Assembly (NCBI RefSeq): GCF_004010195.1
Contig: NC_057718.1
Span: 17,042,770-17,106,769 of the forward strand
Direction of reading: 5' to 3'
From: Chiloscyllium plagiosum
Lineage: Eukaryota
Length of the DNA: 64,000 nt
In this document: one piece after another, positions 62,504 to 64,000 of the stretch
Layout of the letters: every line of letters starts with the position of its first letter
Numbering within the stretch: the stretch's first letter is position 1
Notes under the pieces: model-generated
Told to the model about the DNA's origin: nothing
The model's database searches: none
What the model saw: only the letters and a program-made list of their open reading frames with translations
Program-made: the position numbers and the translations under genes

Positions 62504-63786
62504 CAGTAGGAGAGACTAGGACAAGAGGGCACAGTCTCAGAATGAAGGGACAACCCTTTCAAATTGAGATGAGGAGGAACGTCTTCAGCCAGAGTGTGGT
62601 GAATGTGTTGTTGATGGCTGTGGAATCCAAGTCATTGAGTGTGTTTAAGATTAAGATTGATACGTTCTTGAATAGTAAGGAGATCAAAGGATACTGGGAG
62701 AAGAATGGGGTTGAGAACTATATCTGCTACAATCAAATGGTGGCACAGACCTGATGGGCTGAATGGCCAAATTCTGCTCCTGTATCTTATAATCTTAAAG
62801 CAGCAAATCATGTTGTGCAGTTATATCCACAGTGTGGTTAGGGAGTGAGTTCCAGCATTTTGACCCAGCAATGATTTTGTTTTCTGATCAGTATGGTGTA
62901 TGACTTGGTGGCTGTGGTTCCCCTTGACTGTTATTCTTATCATTCTAAACAGCAGTAGTTGTAATTTTGGCTGTTACTTTCAAAGAAGCCTTGTAATGTG
63001 TGGATATCTGATAAGGACGGATTGCACTCAACTATCTGATCAAGCTCACACTCTCCACACTCAGTGGCCTGGGTGAGTTGCTGCAGTGTACCCTATGGGC
63101 AGTACCTTCTGCTGCTTCTGTGCAGCACTGGTGGAGAGAGTGGATGTTTAAGGTGATGGAGAGGGTGTTAATCAAATGTCCTGGATGGAGATTAGAATGG
63201 CATTCATAAAGGTAAGTGAAAAGTATTCCATCATACACAAATTTTACTCATGTATTTTCAGAAGTTGACATTCCTAATATTACTGTTCTTGTAGCAATGC
63301 AGCATTATTGTTGTGAGGCGATTTACACTGTGAAATTTTAGCAAGCATTCATGATTCATTGGCTGAATGCTTTTGTTATTCGCGATGAGAAAAAGTCATA
63401 AATAACTTTTTACGGCGAACGTGTTTTACAATCCCAGTCTAATATTACAGACTGGATCCCCCTTTTTCTCTGGCCTGATGCTGCTGCAATTCCATCCATT
63501 TAATAATAATAATGAATGATTGTAAAAGTCAAATGTAAATTGGACCCATGTATTGATAACTGGCTAAAACTGTGCAATTGCCGTATTTCATATATCATTG
63601 GAAACTGGCCCGGCAAACTTCGATCAGCTAAGAAGCCTGACCTTTGGCAGAACAAAACAGTAGTTGGGAGGAGAACTTCTGGCAGCTGTAACTTTGGACC
63701 AAGAGTAAAATATTTTATCAATCAAAACCTACAAGTTCATAGATGGCCAAGTGTTTTTGAGGTGGAGAAGATGACGTGGTGATAAT

Positions 63787-64000
63787 TGTAGTGATTGTAA
63801 CAAGGTCAGCCAGGTGGATGACATAGAATATGAGTCCTCTGGTTGGGGCTGTTAATCTGCTCCAATCAGGGAGCCTTGGCTGACAGATATAAACAGGAGT
63901 GTTAGAGGTTCAGTTCACTCTGAGAGCTGGCTCTGAGGGAGCTGGATCAGTGTCAAGGAATCTCTGTGTAAATAAAGGGGAACTTGGTGACAGGATACCG
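63787..64000 (+). mobile_element. Probable LTR start, running off the window
   Basis: TG start, then CCAAT (~63862), TATAAA (~63888) and AATAAA (~63971) in LTR order. Confidence 0.6.

Noticed and set aside
63516..63782. 88-aa ORF (and similar short ORFs such as 49657-49908)
   Set aside because: No recognisable domain or supporting splice structure; within chance expectation.
50741..64000. PLD5-like exon 6 (expected KELGV..YNCSCL)
   Set aside because: Not found by eye; candidate acceptors at ~53317, ~57393 and ~63261 do not translate into family sequence. Probably downstream of the window, though a missed exon cannot be excluded.

Overview
Eukaryotic, repeat-rich DNA. HE1-type SINEs and the LINE/PLE repertoire suggest a cartilaginous fish (shark); this is an inference. 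One host gene is visible: coding exons 1-5 of a PLD5-like (PLD3/4/5 family) type II membrane protein on the + strand (22504-50740). All junctions are GT-AG with consistent phases, and the first HKD motif is degenerate (R-S-S-x4-D). The rest of the gene appears to lie beyond the window. Mobile DNA includes many CR1 LINEs, a Rex1/Babar insert, old L2 and DeuSINE fragments, over ten HE1 SINEs, and a decayed full-length Gmr1-like LTR retrotransposon (SCAN-like gag, PR-IN-RT-RH order, tRNA-Pro PBS, 4-bp TSD). There are also many small Penelope-like (PLE) insertions carrying minimal hammerhead ribozyme motifs of three sequence families. Local rearrangements include an ~0.8 kb inversion breaking a minisatellite-bearing element, an ~0.9 kb inverted duplication and a templated insertion; the last two could be assembly artefacts. 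No wholly new system is proven. The best leads are the ribozyme-bearing mini-PLEs, whose 5' ends cluster at the catalytic core, and the unusual active-site residues of the PLD5-like protein.
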